This document shows positions 36,050 through 49,699 of a stretch of DNA of 64,000 bases, one piece after another; position 1 is the stretch's first letter, and every line of letters starts with the position of its first letter. Position numbers and translations under genes: made by a program. Source of the stretch: Lama glama (lineage: Eukaryota); the NCBI GenBank assembly GCA_028534125.1, contig CM052816.1, positions 79,300,001 through 79,364,000 on the forward strand. The letters are read 5' to 3'. The notes below the pieces were generated by a model. That model was not told where the DNA came from. It saw only the letters and a list, made by a program, of their open reading frames with translations, and made no database searches.

Positions 36050-38715
36050 GATTGACTATATAATGTTTAGACTTTGATGAGTTAATAATTCATGGTGTAA
36101 TTCCTAGGGTGACTACTAAGAGAACAGTAATGGAATGTATTATTTCCAAACTTCTGGAGAGGAGAAGAAAGCAAGAAAGAAAAGATACAGAAATGATGAA
36201 AAAATACATAACATGTAAATGATATCTAAAAGTATAATTTCTCCCCCAAAAGAATTATAGATAAAGGTTACCTCAGAACAAGAAAAGGTTCAATTCACCA
36301 GAAAGATTCAACAATTTAAAATTTGTATATACCCAATGCCATGACTTTAAAATATATGTAAAGTAAAAATTGACAAAACTATAGAGAGAAATTAATAAAT
36401 ACACTTTCACAGTGGATAATTTATCATACCTCTCTTAACAACTCAAAGAAGGAGAAAACAAATTTAATGAAGATAAAGAAGATTTACAAAATGAGATACA
36501 TAATATTTATTTATATATTTAAATACAAATATATAATAAATAAAATAATAACTATATGCAATTTATATATAAAACACTTATATACAAACATATATATATA
36601 TATATAACAATGAAATATATATTTTAAGGACACACAGAACATTTCTGAAATTCACCACAAAGCAAATTTCAAAAATTTCACTGAGGGTGTGACCTCTGAT
36701 TAAAATATAGTTAAACTAGAAATCAACATACCATTTTGAAAACTAAAAATATACTTCTAGAATGCTTTGGCCGTATGACAAGGAAAATACCATCATTACA
36801 AAACTTTTGAGATGCAGTTAAAGCAAATCACTGCGGGAACTTTACAGTAACAGATGCATATATTAGGAAAAAATACTGAAAATTCACCAAACTATCATCC
36901 ATCTCAAAGCCCTAGAGAAATATGGTGGAATAAATCCAAAGGAAAGAATGAGAAAAAAGTAAAATTAAGACTGAAAAAAAACACAGTAAAGTAAAGTAGT
37001 GAAGTTAAAAGTTAATTCTGTGAAAAGATGATAGATATAATTGATAAACTTCTGGCTGAGTTAAGCTAAGGAAGGGCAAAAGCACCAAAAATCAACATCA
37101 GAATTGGCAAAGGGGACAGCAAATATATACTGCAAATATTAACACAAACATAAGAGGATATTTTAAGCAACATCATGCCAATAAATTTGAAAATTTAGAA
37201 ATGGAAAAATTCCTAGCAAAATAAAAGTTACAGAAACCAACCTAAGTTCCTGCCAAGAACAGACAGAAAATAGAAGTGTCCTATAATCTATCAAAGAAAA
37301 TGAATCCTTGGAGGTGGAGGTGGGGGTGGGGGAGGAACAAAAACCCTTCCTACAAACTGCCTATAGAACTATAGGCTGAGATGGCTTACTGGAGAATTCT
37401 ACCAATCATTTCAAGAAGAAATAATTCCAACTTCCTCAAAATCTTGCAAAGACCAGAAAGAGGGAAACATCCAACTGGGTTTATGAGATTAGTACTACCT
37501 GACACTAAAAGTCAACAAGAACAGCATGCGAGACAGAAATTCAAGAATCTTCTCTCTTTTCTACAAAGATTAAAAAATTTTAAACAAATTATTAGCAAAA
37601 TAAATCCAGCAATATGTAAGAAGAATGATGCTTCATTACAATGCTTGGACTTAGTCCAGGGATGTGATGTAAGTTTAACATTAGAAAATTGACCAAATAT
37701 ATTACTTTACATTAATAGAAAATGGAGAAAACACCAAGTGATAATCTCAATAGATTCAGAAAAAGCATTTGATAATACAGCTCATGAAAAAGTCCTCATA
37801 GTAAGCTAGATGTGAAAAGAGATTTCCATAATTTGAAAAACATTATCTGAAAAAAAAATCTACAGCCAATATTTTTGTGAATCGTGACAAGCTGACTAGA
37901 AAATTTATACGAAAAATCAGAGTCAAGAAGAGCTAAATGTTCTTAGCAGATGATAAGGTGGGAAGATTTGCTCATCCAGATAACAAATAAATGGTGTGAT
38001 ATTGTGTGGTTTGTGTACAAGGATAAACAAATGAAATAATGCAACAGACCTAATTTATGATATGTCATCACCTAATCTATGATGAAGATGCTACTGCAGT
38101 GAAATTGAGGAAAGGATTTAGTATTACCTGTGAAAACTGAAGTATTATGTATATGGTATTACCTACTGGCACTGCAGACAGCACATACCCCTAGATATAT
38201 ACCCAGCAGTTATGTGTTCACATTCGCACCAGTGGACACGTACACAAATGCTCAGAGCAGCACTACCCATGACGGCACCGAGCATAGAAGCCCAGATGTG
38301 AATCGGTAGCTGACTAGTCAAACAAACAGTGTGACATTTATAAAATGCATACAACAACAAAAAGGAAGAGAATACAGCTATACCCAACAGCATGGGATGA
38401 ATTTCATAAATACTGGGGAGCAAAAGAAGACACAAAAAGACAAAAACAATGGGTCTATTTATTTAAAGCTCAAAAGCAAGCAAAGCTCAACTATACCGTT
38501 TAGAGATACAGACTTGGCTAATAAAACTCTTAAGAAAATCAAGAAAGTAATTACTAAAAAGGCAAGATGGAAGTTTTCTTTCCCAGGGATGTCAGGGGTG
38601 GGTAGAACTGGGAAGGGGCAGATGAAGAGCTTGGCAGGTGCGGACCTAACACATTGTAAATCAACTAAACTTCAATTTTAAAAAAATTGAAAAAATTGAA
38701 AAAGAAAAAAAGAAG
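36050..38715 (+). mobile_element. Old degenerate L1 (ORF2 remnants and 3' UTR)
   Basis: A-rich plus strand; ORF2-like segments such as atctcaatagattcagaaaaagcatttgataa and catgccaataaatttgaaaatttaga; A-rich 3' end near 38700; many stops and frameshifts. Confidence 0.8.
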
Positions 38716-39029
38716 TGCTTATTGTGATGCAGTATCTTTTCCATGAAATCTTTTGGAAAGTTGGCACTGCTGTCTGTTTGAATGGGATATTTTAGGGAAA
38801 CTCAAAGAAGGCTTGGCACAGAATGAAAACAGAAACCACATCGGTGGACTCAGGATCTGAAGGATGAGGAAACAAGGTCATCCGAGCTAAACTCTGCACG
38901 CACCTCCTGTATGGGTGAGGTCTCTGCTTAGATTAACGTTATCTGTATGCTTTTCCTTTCTCCTTTGACTTGGTACAGGCTTCTTGCAGGCAGGGACTAT
39001 CATTTCTTTGTCTCCCAGGGAAGGTGGAA

Positions 39030-39195
39030 AGGACATGAACTTTGAAGTCACACAGAACAAGGTTCAAATCACATCTGTGACATTTACCTACTGAGTGACC
39101 TTGGGCAAGTTTCTTAACCTTCCTGAATCTGAGTTTTTCATTGTGAAGAGGATAATAACATCTACCCCATAGGTGACTTGTGTAAAATGCCTAGC
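39030..39195 (+). mobile_element. MIR SINE
   Basis: Core gttcaaatc...tactgagtgaccttgggcaagtttcttaaccttcctgaatctgagttt. Confidence 0.75.
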
Positions 39196-39764
39196 AGAGG
39201 TTGTAAACTAGAGGCCTAGAGGGCAGATGTACGTTTCACTTGTCTCTGTAAATTTTTAAAAATCAGATTTCATTTCTGATCTGTTAAAATCAGTAAGTTT
39301 CACATGAAAATCCGAGTTTCTGGCTTTACAATGGGGAAATTTGGCCATACTGGGTCCCATTCTTAGATGGTAAAGGTGGTCAGGGTGGAGTAGCACATGG
39401 CTCTCTAGATAGGGGTGTTACTTCCACTTAGCCACAGTCCCGCCCCTCCCTATTTCCTTATGCTTGACCCACCTCATTGACACTTCCTGATTGGCCCTTT
39501 AGACCCCTGCACTTGGAATCCTGGTCCAGCACATAAAAGAATCTAAATGTCGGTTTCCTCCTTTTTGACCTCATGTATTTGCTGGTTGATTGGTTTCACT
39601 TCCTATTACTTTCAGAATAATAATAATAAAAAAAGACCACTTCTTAGAGGTATAGATTTATACTGTGAACATTGTGTAAGTTTTCTATTCCTAGCAATTG
39701 ACCAACTTTGAGATTTAATGAACGGGTATAACTGAAAGGAAATGTAGAAATAAGCACCGCTTAC

Positions 39765-39945
39765 CATGTGAGATATTGCTAAAGAAGCCTGCTGCCATGT
39801 GTCAATTACCGTCTTCTCATCGGCCTCAAAGTTTAACTCTACATTTTCCAGCGAGTAATTGATCTTGCCCTTCAGTATGGCTTTCGTTTTTGGTCTGGAT
39901 GCAGCTGAATCCGGAGAAACGGATCTTCGAGGAACTAGGGGAATT
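39765..39945 (-). CDS. SPEF2: SPEF2 coding exon: (R)IPLVPRRSVSPDSAASRPKTKAILKGKINYSLENVELNFEADEKTVIDTWQQASLAISHM
   Basis: Within ORF 39612..39962; acceptor ccccaag|, donor ATG|gtaagc; 181 bp, phase 2 to 0. Confidence 0.93.
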
Positions 39946-41306
39946 CTTGGGGAAACAACCAAAAAATAAACATTGGGATTTTATTTCACAGAATTCTACT
40001 TTTGTGACCATGTTACTTTGTGAATGTTGTTGTCTTGTTTTAATCTCAATTTTCAAAGTTTTCTTGAAAGAATTCTTTAAATGGAGAAAAGACTATGAAA
40101 AGCTATAATCAGATTTTTATGGTCTAGGAAGTCTTAATAACAAGAGGAAACTAGAAATAAGCAATACTAACACATACTTTTTTAGGTTTAATTCTCAGTA
40201 ATTATGAGGAGGGAGAGTAAACAATTACAATTATAAAGAAATGCAATTTTGAAACGTATCCAGGGCATAAACTTCCAACAAGGAATACATGAGGCATGAA
40301 AAGCAAACCAAACAGAAGTGGGCATCGCTTCTTTAAGATGACTAGCGCTTGGCTTCCTGAAGTGGGCAGTTAAAAAGCAGGATATGACAGATGTGAGTTC
40401 TGCAAGGGAGTGTCCCATGGAGGCAATGAGAGTGCCACCCTCTCCACCCTTGAATATGGGAGATGAAGGCTGGCTCTTTGTTCTGTAAAGTGCTGTGGGA
40501 ACACCGTATTAAGCTTTCTCTTCCCTTGCTCTCCACCATATTGCTGCCTCTATGTAGAGATTTTAGAGCTGCTGTTTGGGTGAGGAATGGGCAGAGAGGG
40601 GTTCCGAGGATGCCTTGGCTGAAATTGGAAAAGGAACAAGCATTTGGTTTGGCAAACTCAAGTTGCTGGGGAACAGAGCGGTGATGCAGAAAGCTGATTG
40701 TGGACTCCAGCAAACAGTCGGCGTGGCCTGGTTTAGAAGCATCAGAGGGGGTTTTTGGACTTGGCTCTTTGATACTTTTAGTGCTTGGAATTCTGACACT
40801 GCACCATGCCTATCAAGGCAACGTGTTGAGGCTCTACAACTCAGGATACGCCTACCCACAGGACAGTTTACATTTTAATAATCAGTTGATGCTCAGTCTT
40901 GGTCACTGAGACACATGAGATTCGCGTGTCTACTATGTTAAGGTAAAGACTGTGTGATCATCTCTAGATGTTTAATGCAGGACAACATGCATTTCCCAAC
41001 ACCTTGCTTTAGGTGGCGATCATTTAGAAAAGGAATTTGGGTTTAGAATTCATTTACTGGGGAAAGTTCTAGGCTAGCTAGCTCTCCAACTGTCAGTAGA
41101 TACAAACAGGGGCATGTCACGACTTTCTGAGACTTCACTCCTTCCAGAATAATACAAATATGATAATAATATTACTATTATTGTTATAAAATATTGGTTA
41201 TAACCATTATTATTATTATTATAATTAAGATGTTGGAGGGATAAAATAGACAAGCTATGGGAAAATGCTTAACAATGTGCTTGTTCCCTTATACACACTA
41301 AAGAGA

Positions 41307-41329
41307 TTGGTTGGTTGGTTGGTTGGTTG
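41307..41329. repeat. (TTGG)n microsatellite
   Basis: ttggttggttggttggttggttg. Confidence 0.9.
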
Positions 41330-42580
41330 ATGCATGGATTGGCTGAGTTTCAGGAGATACTCCTAGCATGATTTGAGGTTGAGACTGGTGCAGAGTTGTT
41401 TTGCAGAAAATAAGAACTGGCTGTTCTTTTGCCTGTTTCATTCTACTAACCAACATTAATAGCTTCCTCATTACACCTGACTTGCTATTTTGTGTTAAGA
41501 ACAGATTGCACTGCTACTGCAGACAGGGAAACTTGGCCTCTTCTGATGACTCTGATGGTTCATATCACTTTGGGAACTTTTTATTGTTTTTAATGTCAAA
41601 GTTCTCTTTCAGCAGCCTGCTGAGTTCAACATTGTTCTTGTACTTGGGTCAAGAAGAGGGTATAGACTTTCCTCCTTGCTTTTCTTGCTTATATGTGGTC
41701 CTGATGGGGACATGATGGGACGAGATGGAAGAGGCCCAGAGAGAAATGGGCCTCAGATCACTGTGTAATCCTGTGGTGTTCAGGCCATTTCAAGTCCTTC
41801 TTGGAATGAGAGAGGGTGAAACAAATGAGGCAAGAACACGTGATACTCACAATTAAAACAGTGCACTAAGTAAGACTAGGGTGTTACCATATTACACAAT
41901 AAGGTAATTTAATCACCACTTACTGAGCGTTACTGGGACTAGGTCTCAAGTCTTCCGACTCTCAGACATGGTACTACATGTTTTGAGGATTTCACTTTCT
42001 GTAATCTTCACAACAGCCCTTCTTTACAGATAAGGAAACCAAGGCTTAAGAGAGTTGGGGTGACTCCCAACCAGATAAATTGCTTTAATTTACTTAACTG
42101 GTAATATAACTGGTAAATAACAGCCTGAGGGTTGAAATTGGATCCATCTGACTCCAAAACCTGTTCACTACCCCATATTAGTTTGTGCAACTCCAGCTAT
42201 CTGTATCCAGCAAGCCAGTAAAATAAAGTACACACACTACTTTCAATCTATAATATGTAATTCATCTCCTTGGAGATTTAAATTTAACTCTCAGTGTCTA
42301 TATATTAATTGTTTTTAATCTAAGTTCTTTCTTTTTCTCCTTTCCACAATCACAGCATCTTATTTTCTTGTGATCTGCTTACTGGTCACCAGAAAATGTT
42401 ACTTTAATTCTTAAGTCTATTTTATTCACTTATTTTTAATTAATTAATTTATTTTTTTAAGGATTTTGAGTTTTTTTATTACTTTATTTTAATTCTTACT
42501 ATTTGCTCTCTTTAAATGTTTTATAGCTGGGAAAGACATCACAGGAATTATCATCACTCCCACTCCTCATTTCTTAAAGA

Positions 42581-42673
42581 TTTTTTTTTTTACTGAAGTA
42601 TAGTCGGTTTACAACGTTGTGTTAATTTTTGGTGTTCAGCATAGTTGTTCAGTTATATATATATATATTCCTT
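42581..42673 (-). mobile_element. L1 extreme 3' end with poly(A), fused directly to the U6 copy
   Basis: Plus strand T11 followed by actgaagtatagtcggtttacaacgttgtgttaatttttggtgttcagcatagttgttcagttata, resembling an artiodactyl L1 3' terminus in reverse. Confidence 0.75.
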
Positions 42674-42777
42674 AAAAATATGGAACGATTCACGAATTTG
42701 CATGTCATCCTTGTGCAGAGGCCATGCTAATCTCTGTATGGTTTCAATTTTAGTATATTTGCTGCCAAAGTGAGCAC
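42674..42777 (-). pseudogene. RNU6: Full-length U6 snRNA retro-pseudogene (5' part of a U6-L1 chimera)
   Basis: Minus strand reads GTGCTCACTTTGGCAGCAAATATACTAAAATTGAAACCATACAGAGATTAGCATGGCCTCTGCACAAGGATGACATGCAAATTCGTGAATCGTTCCATATTTTT, which is U6 with ~9 substitutions (several CpG transitions) and a 3-nt deletion. Confidence 0.96.
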
Positions 42778-43527
42778 TAGAGACATTTTTCTATCTGTTC
42801 ATTGCTTCTCAGGGTTTAGGAACTCGCCCCTCCCCTGCCCCTACCTATTGGGTCTAAAAAAAAAATATTTACAAATTTTTGTATTTCACCAGAGTCTTTG
42901 GCTGAAAATATAATTTTTCTTCCACACTTACCAACAAGTTTATTTTCTTGCTGGTGGGAATCTGAGGTTAGACTGTTAATAAGTTTCAGTCTTATGAAGT
43001 CATAATCACATATGACTGAGTCTTTACTGTTTCTAAATTCCCTAACCTGTAAAAGGAGACTCATAATGCCTTCCATTTTCATTTATATAACGTCAGTGCA
43101 CCTGTGCGCACCCACACCCACACACACACATACACACACAGAACAGCTTGGGACCTTTCATGAAAGTGGTAGAGAGTCCTGATCCCTTACCAGAAAACTT
43201 TGCAATCAAAAGTCTTTCAGAATACTAAGTATTCCCTAATACCCCCAGAAGTCTGTTGGAAGCACTCTATAACAAAACACACTATATCTCTGCAATGAAA
43301 TGAGTAAATATTCATTACTGTTGGGATAAATAATATCCCATATTCATATCAATAGTCTTAAATCAAATTGAGAAAAAAGATTCAGGTTTCAGAGGTTTCT
43401 TTTTTTTTTTTTTTTGATTTGGGGTTTGCAGACATAGGAGTGTGGTTTATATTAGTGGTATTCAATTTAAAATTACAAAGCTGTATGTTCAGATTAATTA
43501 CAGTGCAAAATGATCGCCCCGCCTTAC

Positions 43528-43679
43528 CTAAGCTGGAATTCCAAAATATCTTTACTATCCAGTTGGACCAATGGGATGCGAATAAATCTCTTAGTGTCGT
43601 CTGTTGGGATTTTACATTCCATTCCCCTGTAATAATCTTGAAGAAGTATCTTTGTATCTTGGAAACGGTTCAGTTCTGC
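43528..43679 (-). CDS. SPEF2: SPEF2 coding exon: AELNRFQDTKILLQDYYRGMECKIPTDDTKRFIRIPLVQLDSKDILEFQL(R)
   Basis: Hand translation; acceptor ttaaag|, donor TAG|gtaagg; 152 bp, phase 0 to 2. Confidence 0.93.
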
Positions 43680-45775
43680 CTTTAATAGCAAATGAGAATG
43701 TTAATACCCAAGAAAGAACAAGCTGATTTGTGCATGTTTTCCATATAAGCTCTGTAAGCACTATTCTAAAACATTTAGGTTAAAATCAGCTTTCTGGAAA
43801 TTAAGGAAGAGAATTGGCTTCAAGCGTATATCTAAAATTCCCTAAAAATTAAAGAAAATTGATGAGTTTGCATCCTCTGTACTTATTGAGTATAATTCCA
43901 CTTAACAACATGACATTTTCATGCTCTTAATATGGTGACAAAGGATTGTATGATGGCTGAAGTAGTGTATATCATTCATTACTTTGACATTAAGAGTTCT
44001 TCCTGTGTCCTGTATTCAATCAATCAATACGTTCACCAACATGTGAGTGTCTTCTGTCACAGGGAACATATTCATTGATTTAGGAGATAACGAAAATATT
44101 ATACATACAAATACATAATACAGATACAGATATAAAACATTGAAATACAAAATAAGACTAGGCTTTGGTCCTATAGGACTATGTAATGTAGTTGTGGAGA
44201 AATAACAAATGGTGACGTAAATTGATAATGAATAGTTCTCTTTCACAGTTTCTGTTCTTGCTCAGTGTGAAGGGAGGGGACACCACTCCTCCACACTCAA
44301 AGAGAAACCCCTCTGCTGGCTTTGCCAGGAAGCGTCTTGAGGGAAACGGAGAAGAACAGAGGAGCATCTGTTTTTCACAAGTGACTTCCTGCCAGCCAGG
44401 TCATTTCCCTCTGCAGTAATGATGAAGTGTTTGCGTGGTGAGATACTGTGCAGTGCTGATTACACAAACGCAGACCACGAGTGTTCCAACCTGCTCTCCC
44501 ATCAGGTGTTAGACCAGTTGACATATCTGTGCTGCTTTCTGGTGGTATAATCATGACCTCCATTCTGCTTTAGTTGGTCGGGCTACTTAAACCAGTACCT
44601 GAGGGTCCAAAGATTGAAGCTCTTTCGCAGATATATTCTGTGATAGCTAGTTAATTACAGAAAGCCTCATTTCTGAAAAAAACAAAACTGACCCAATGTT
44701 CAAAGCCCTTTAGCTGAACCTAACCCAGAATATTTATGAAGGGATCCCTGTATTCATCAAGCAATTAATATTGCCATTTACTTCATAAAACATCAAGAAA
44801 TTGTCTTGTCCTGCCATATTCATGGTTTTGAACAAATAAATGTCTGCTTTGCATTGTAGTCTGCAACAAAAGATAAGCATGGCTTCAGTAGGTTTGTTTT
44901 TGATACAGAAAAGGGGAAGCCAAACTGCTCCTGAAAAGCTGTTCTCTGCATTGTTAAACTTTTCTAGCTTAATGACTGAAACAGGAAGAAATTCATCTGG
45001 TTAATTTAAGTCTATGTTGTAAATAAAATTACCATCCATATATTGTCTTAAATTATAGAACATGTTTTAAATACTCAGATTTTAAATGTAGATATATGTC
45101 TAAATAACTTCAAACTAGCATTTTGAAATATTAGGAAAATGAAACATTTTTCTCTTTCCCTGCAGAGAAACCAAATGGAGTTTCTAAATATTCACATATG
45201 AACTAATCTCATAGTTTGACAATAGATGTCTTATACAAATAGTCTTATATACTAAGCTCATGAGAATCTGCACAATAACACATTTACAATGAGTAGCATG
45301 CAAATGTAAACTCAATTGGTACAAACTGGATATTGACAAATAACTTCGGGTTGTAGAGGAGAAATGCTGTGAAGCTGCCAGAAATTATTATTCATCAAAC
45401 CATAGCCCTACATTATTTAGTAAATATATTTAGAAATCAGAAAATTATTTCCTCCTTAACTTAGAGAACTAAACTCTTTAATTACAATTCAGTTTAGTAC
45501 CTCCTATTTTATAAAACTGATATTTGAGACAGTGGTGGTATGTATGCCTTAGGCTAACCTTGTCTATATTTTATACAGAATATTAATTTATTTTGGGGGA
45601 CATAATTTGATTTGTTATATAGGTAACTATGAACAAGATGCCATTATATATCCAGAATTCTCATATAAGCAGAATTGATCAGGGGTCCTCTCATCTTTAC
45701 GACAACTAGTAAATAATGCTTTATTGTTTCTCTTATTGCAGAATCTTAGTTTTGAAAGAAATCTTAGAAATCATC

Positions 45776-46092
45776 CAGCAGCGCATTTTCTAAAATGTAT
45801 TTTGCAGAAAACTTGTCCAATAGGCTGTTAATGAACACCACGTTGGGTATAAAACAAACGAAAACTGCAAAGTCAAATAGTTTCTGAAATACTGGGTTAA
45901 TGTACCAGAAGAGTTTCCTTATTGCAGGTCATCTTAATGTCTTGATGTGTCGACATGCTTGTCAGTCTCCCAGGGAGAGGGAAGGAAGGGTAGAGTACTC
46001 AGCACTTCCCAACATGTTTTGATCATCGAATCCTTGTTTTATGAAACATCGTGTAGGACTAGTGTTCTATGGAACCCACTTGGGGAAACACT
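45776..46092. mobile_element. Probable old Charlie-type (hAT) DNA transposon relic
   Basis: Ends cagcgcattttctaaaatg ... cacttggggaaacact form degenerate inverted repeats. Confidence 0.4.
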
Positions 46093-46379
46093 TATTTAGC
46101 CACAGGCTCTTGAAAATTTTCATGGAAGATTCCTTCCCCTCCACAAAAATGTGCAAGCTTCTGCTTATGAGCTCTTGGACGAGCAGCTCAAGTGCCTGAA
46201 AAGTCTGTTATTTGATAGTCAATGCTAATCATTAGGCTCTTTCTTCATTTTTTGAACTGAAATCGACTACCTTCCTATAGGTTACAACTTTCGTTTTTAT
46301 AGGATCCTGTCTATCAGTGCAGGACAAGGATTTTTCCGTTCTATGTGGCTAACTTTTAACTATGTGAACAGCGATAAGA

Positions 46380-46612
46380 AAGCAGTGGTTAGGGCTATTG
46401 GCCCAGGAGTAGACGTCCTTAGTCCAAATCCCAGCTCTCCCACTTGCTGGTGTGTGGCACTTCATCTATGTTTGCCTCTGCTTCCCCATCTGAAAAATGA
46501 GGATTATGGGAGAATTTACAGCATAGGGTTGTTGTGAAGGTTTAATGTCTCGTACATGAAAAGTTCTCAGAACAGTGCCTTCCTGGCACGTACAGAGTAA
46601 GAATTTAATACA
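46380..46612 (+). mobile_element. MIR SINE
   Basis: gcagtggttagg...caaatcccagctctcccactt...catctgaaaaatgagg...gggttgttgtgaagg...cctggcacgtac. Confidence 0.7.
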
Positions 46613-47189
46613 TACCGGCCTTTATTTGCTGCCCTTTCCTTTACCCTCTTTTTTCCCCATTGGTTTTAGATGTGGATTCTGTTTCTCGGGTTGAGGGCCT
46701 TAAATATAGGTATTGTGGGGTAAAAGTTATACCATCTCCAAAAGAGGCACATGGACAAATGAGAATGATTCACAATAATTCTCTAACCCCTTTGCCTTCA
46801 CTTTTGGATTTCAGTTATTTCTACCATAAGCTTCTAACACACCTGTTCCAACATTCAGTCTCTGCCTGCCCAAAATGGGGTCCCCGGGATGTTCCCCAGG
46901 CTGATTTAGGCTGCTGGGTGTCCCACCTTAATCTTCTGCACACTCCATGACTTGTAGGCTCCCACCTGGCCCCCAGAGCTAGAAACCTCTCAGATTTCTG
47001 CTTCCTGTGGTCCAAACTGCCCCTGAACCAGGAGGTTGTCCCTTGGAGTCTTAGAAATACTTGCATTCATGGTCATTTGTTGAACAAAGATCTATTGAAC
47101 ACCTACTATTCACTAGCCCTGGTGACTGTCAGCTAAGCCTTCTCATTTCCTGCCGTAACTCCTTCTTTCCTACTCTCCATCCTCACTGC

Positions 47190-47772
47190 TATTTTCTTAG
47201 GAAAAAATACTCATGTAGACAGCCTTCATATTCCCTTCAGCAGGACTAAACCATAGACAGGATTCTTCCTAACTCCAGGCTTCTGTTCTCCCTTTTCTTA
47301 AAGTATTTACTTTAGGAAACTTGTCTTTGTAAGTCCATTCTCTGTCCCTTTGAGATGTCTTCTTTTTTCCAAGATCTTCCTGCTGTCTTTAGAAACTAGA
47401 ACCATCTCTTAAAGGACCTGGGAACCATCTCTTTGAAATGTAAGCATATGAAATAAAAACAGCACCCATAAGTCCCAGTCCTCTAGGAGGAGAGGAGCCC
47501 AACTTAGGAAGGTGCCTTGCTCTGAGCCATAACACTCCTTGTATCATGAAGAGGAGAGGAAGTTTATTTTCCTTTAGGCGACGTCAATCAAGAAACACAG
47601 TTTGCCTGTAACACCCCACCTTACTGCAGCTCTTAAAAACTCTCCAGCCTTTACTCTTGGCAGAGCTGGGTTTCCAGACTTGGTCTGTGCTCTCTCTCCT
47701 ATTGTAGACAGTATCTTGGGATAAAATCAATGTTGGTCTCTTTAACTTGTCCAGTGCAATTCATTATTTAAT
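47190..47772 (+). mobile_element. Solo LTR (ERV1, MER34-like); boundaries approximate
   Basis: Segments such as gaaccatctctttgaaatgtaa...cccagtcctctaggaggagaggagcccaactt and ataaa...tttaacttgtccagtgcaattt resemble MER34-family LTRs. Confidence 0.55.
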
Positions 47773-48179
47773 GAGCTGCAACAATTCAGTCAATTAGGGT
47801 GTTCTGATGAATGATCTGTTTTTCCAATCTGGACACAAATGTTTTTCAGGAATCTGTGCTTTATGGCCACTTGGGGTGTCCCCTGTGAGAGGCTGGGGAG
47901 GCAGCGATTCAGGACAGACACCATCTCTGTTGTCCCCTCCACAGCTCTGGGCCAACCAGAAACAGCCGGTGAGTTGTTGCTGGGGATTCTCCCAGTTCTG
48001 GTGCTTATTTGGCCAGGGCCAAAATGGTTTATTTCAGCTAACTTCCTTAGTAAGTTGTTGCTCAGGCTGGGCAGAGCGCTGTGAGTAAAATGAGCCCTGA
48101 ATCCATCCAGAGGGGTGGTTGTACGAGGGACGTAGCTGTGGAGGGAAGAAACTGTATCATCAGGACTGGCCCCTCTTAC

Positions 48180-48317
48180 CTGCATCAGCGAGAAGAAATG
48201 GTTCATTGTTATTCCGATCGAGTCCTGTAACCAGCTCTTGTTAATGATGTCCAGACGCTCCTGCTCCGCCTCTTCCTTCCGGGCATCGCAGATGTCCCAC
48301 AGGCGGTCCCGTAAATC
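48180..48317 (-). CDS. SPEF2: SPEF2 coding exon: DLRDRLWDICDARKEEAEQERLDIINKSWLQDSIGITMNHFFSLMQ
   Basis: Within ORF 47790..48335; acceptor gtcag|, donor CAG|gtaaga; 138 bp, phase 0 to 0. Confidence 0.95.
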
Positions 48318-49699
48318 CTGACCAGAAAGCAACACCGCTGTGATGTTGATTTGGAATCACAGCTCAGAATATACCAGCATAATAAAACTAAAATCCTTTG
48401 CCTATCTTAAAAATGTTCCCGAAGAAAGCTTAGACCTAAAGCACTCATATATTTTATTTTTCACTTTGCTCAACAAGTGTTTATTTTTCTTCTGCTCTAT
48501 GTCAGGCTCTCACTTCCTAAGACCAGCTCACTACCCCGTCGCTCATGTCCACCACAAACCCCCAGCAGCTCTTTGCTCACGGGTGGCTGTTTTCTGTATT
48601 CCGATCCTTCCTCACAAGATTCACTTGGTCGAAAAAGACCTTTCAGGGAATTTTTGAGAAACCTGTGTATTGTTGGTAGAAGAAATACGCAGCCCTATTT
48701 AATCCAAGGGCATTGGCTTGTTAACAAATCACACAAGTGGAACATGTTCACTAAGAAATGGTGTCTGAGCTCAATTACTGTCTGAAAATAAACTTTGTCC
48801 TACAGAGTCGGCAGCAAGAAAACGTCTTAAAGAGCCTAGCTCTGCCGCTTACCAGATCCTGAGCAATAATGATGATAATACCTTTCTACGTGTGTCGGTG
48901 TGTCAGAATCTGAGTCACTGTACTTATGCCAATTCACTTAATGCCTCAACAGTCTTAGGTACTATTATCATCTTCCTTTTGCAGATGAGGAGACTATGTC
49001 ACAGAGAGGTTATTTTCCTAAAGTTACACAATAAGTGAGCGGTGGATCCAGGATATGAGCTTGTGGTTTAGAGTATTATGCACCACTGTATTAGGGCTCA
49101 ATGACTTTATCTGTAAAATGGGGTTATTACTTAACTTTTGGATATGCTATATAGAATAAGTTAGCTTGAGCATATAAAGCACTGAACACGGGATTTAGCA
49201 CACAATAATTCCTCGATTAGTGAAATCTACTATCACCTTATTCATAGCAATATCTTTTTAAATAAAATATCCCATCAATAAAATATATACAGTCTAATAA
49301 AATCTGAGAGTTTTCACAATTGTAATAATTTATTGAACATTTACTATGTGTTAAGTGCCTTATATTAATTACCTCGCTAATCCCCACAAAAAGAATAGAG
49401 TAATTGTTTCCATCAGAATTAACTGTGACCCTGTAAAAAATGAATGGGATATAAGGGCCCATTCTTAACCTAATGAGTTTGGATGTAGGGCCTGAAGCAA
49501 AGGCAGGTTTAGTTTTTTAAACTTCACAAGTTTCTCTACTACCTACTTCTATTGCGAATCCACTGCTAAAAGCATTATAATATCATGAACGAGGTTGATT
49601 TGACCTTCCAAATTTAGACTATCTGCTATTTTCTAGTATCCATGGAATATATACAATCATTTTTCACATTTTAGGCAACTGAAAAATTAAAATAAAGGT

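Noticed and set aside
42674..42777. Possible functional U6 gene
   Set aside because: CpG decay, a deletion next to the ACAGAGA box, fusion to L1/poly(A) and no evident upstream PSE/TATA promoter.
44320..44480. Cluster of ETS-like (caggaag, acttcctg) and E-box motifs suggesting an intronic enhancer
   Set aside because: Short motifs expected by chance; cannot be supported without conservation or chromatin data.
47790..48179. Long extension of the 181-aa ORF past the SPEF2 exon donor at 48180
   Set aside because: Intronic read-through after a strong CAG|gtaaga donor; the peptide is not protein-like and the SPEF2 frame continues at 43679.
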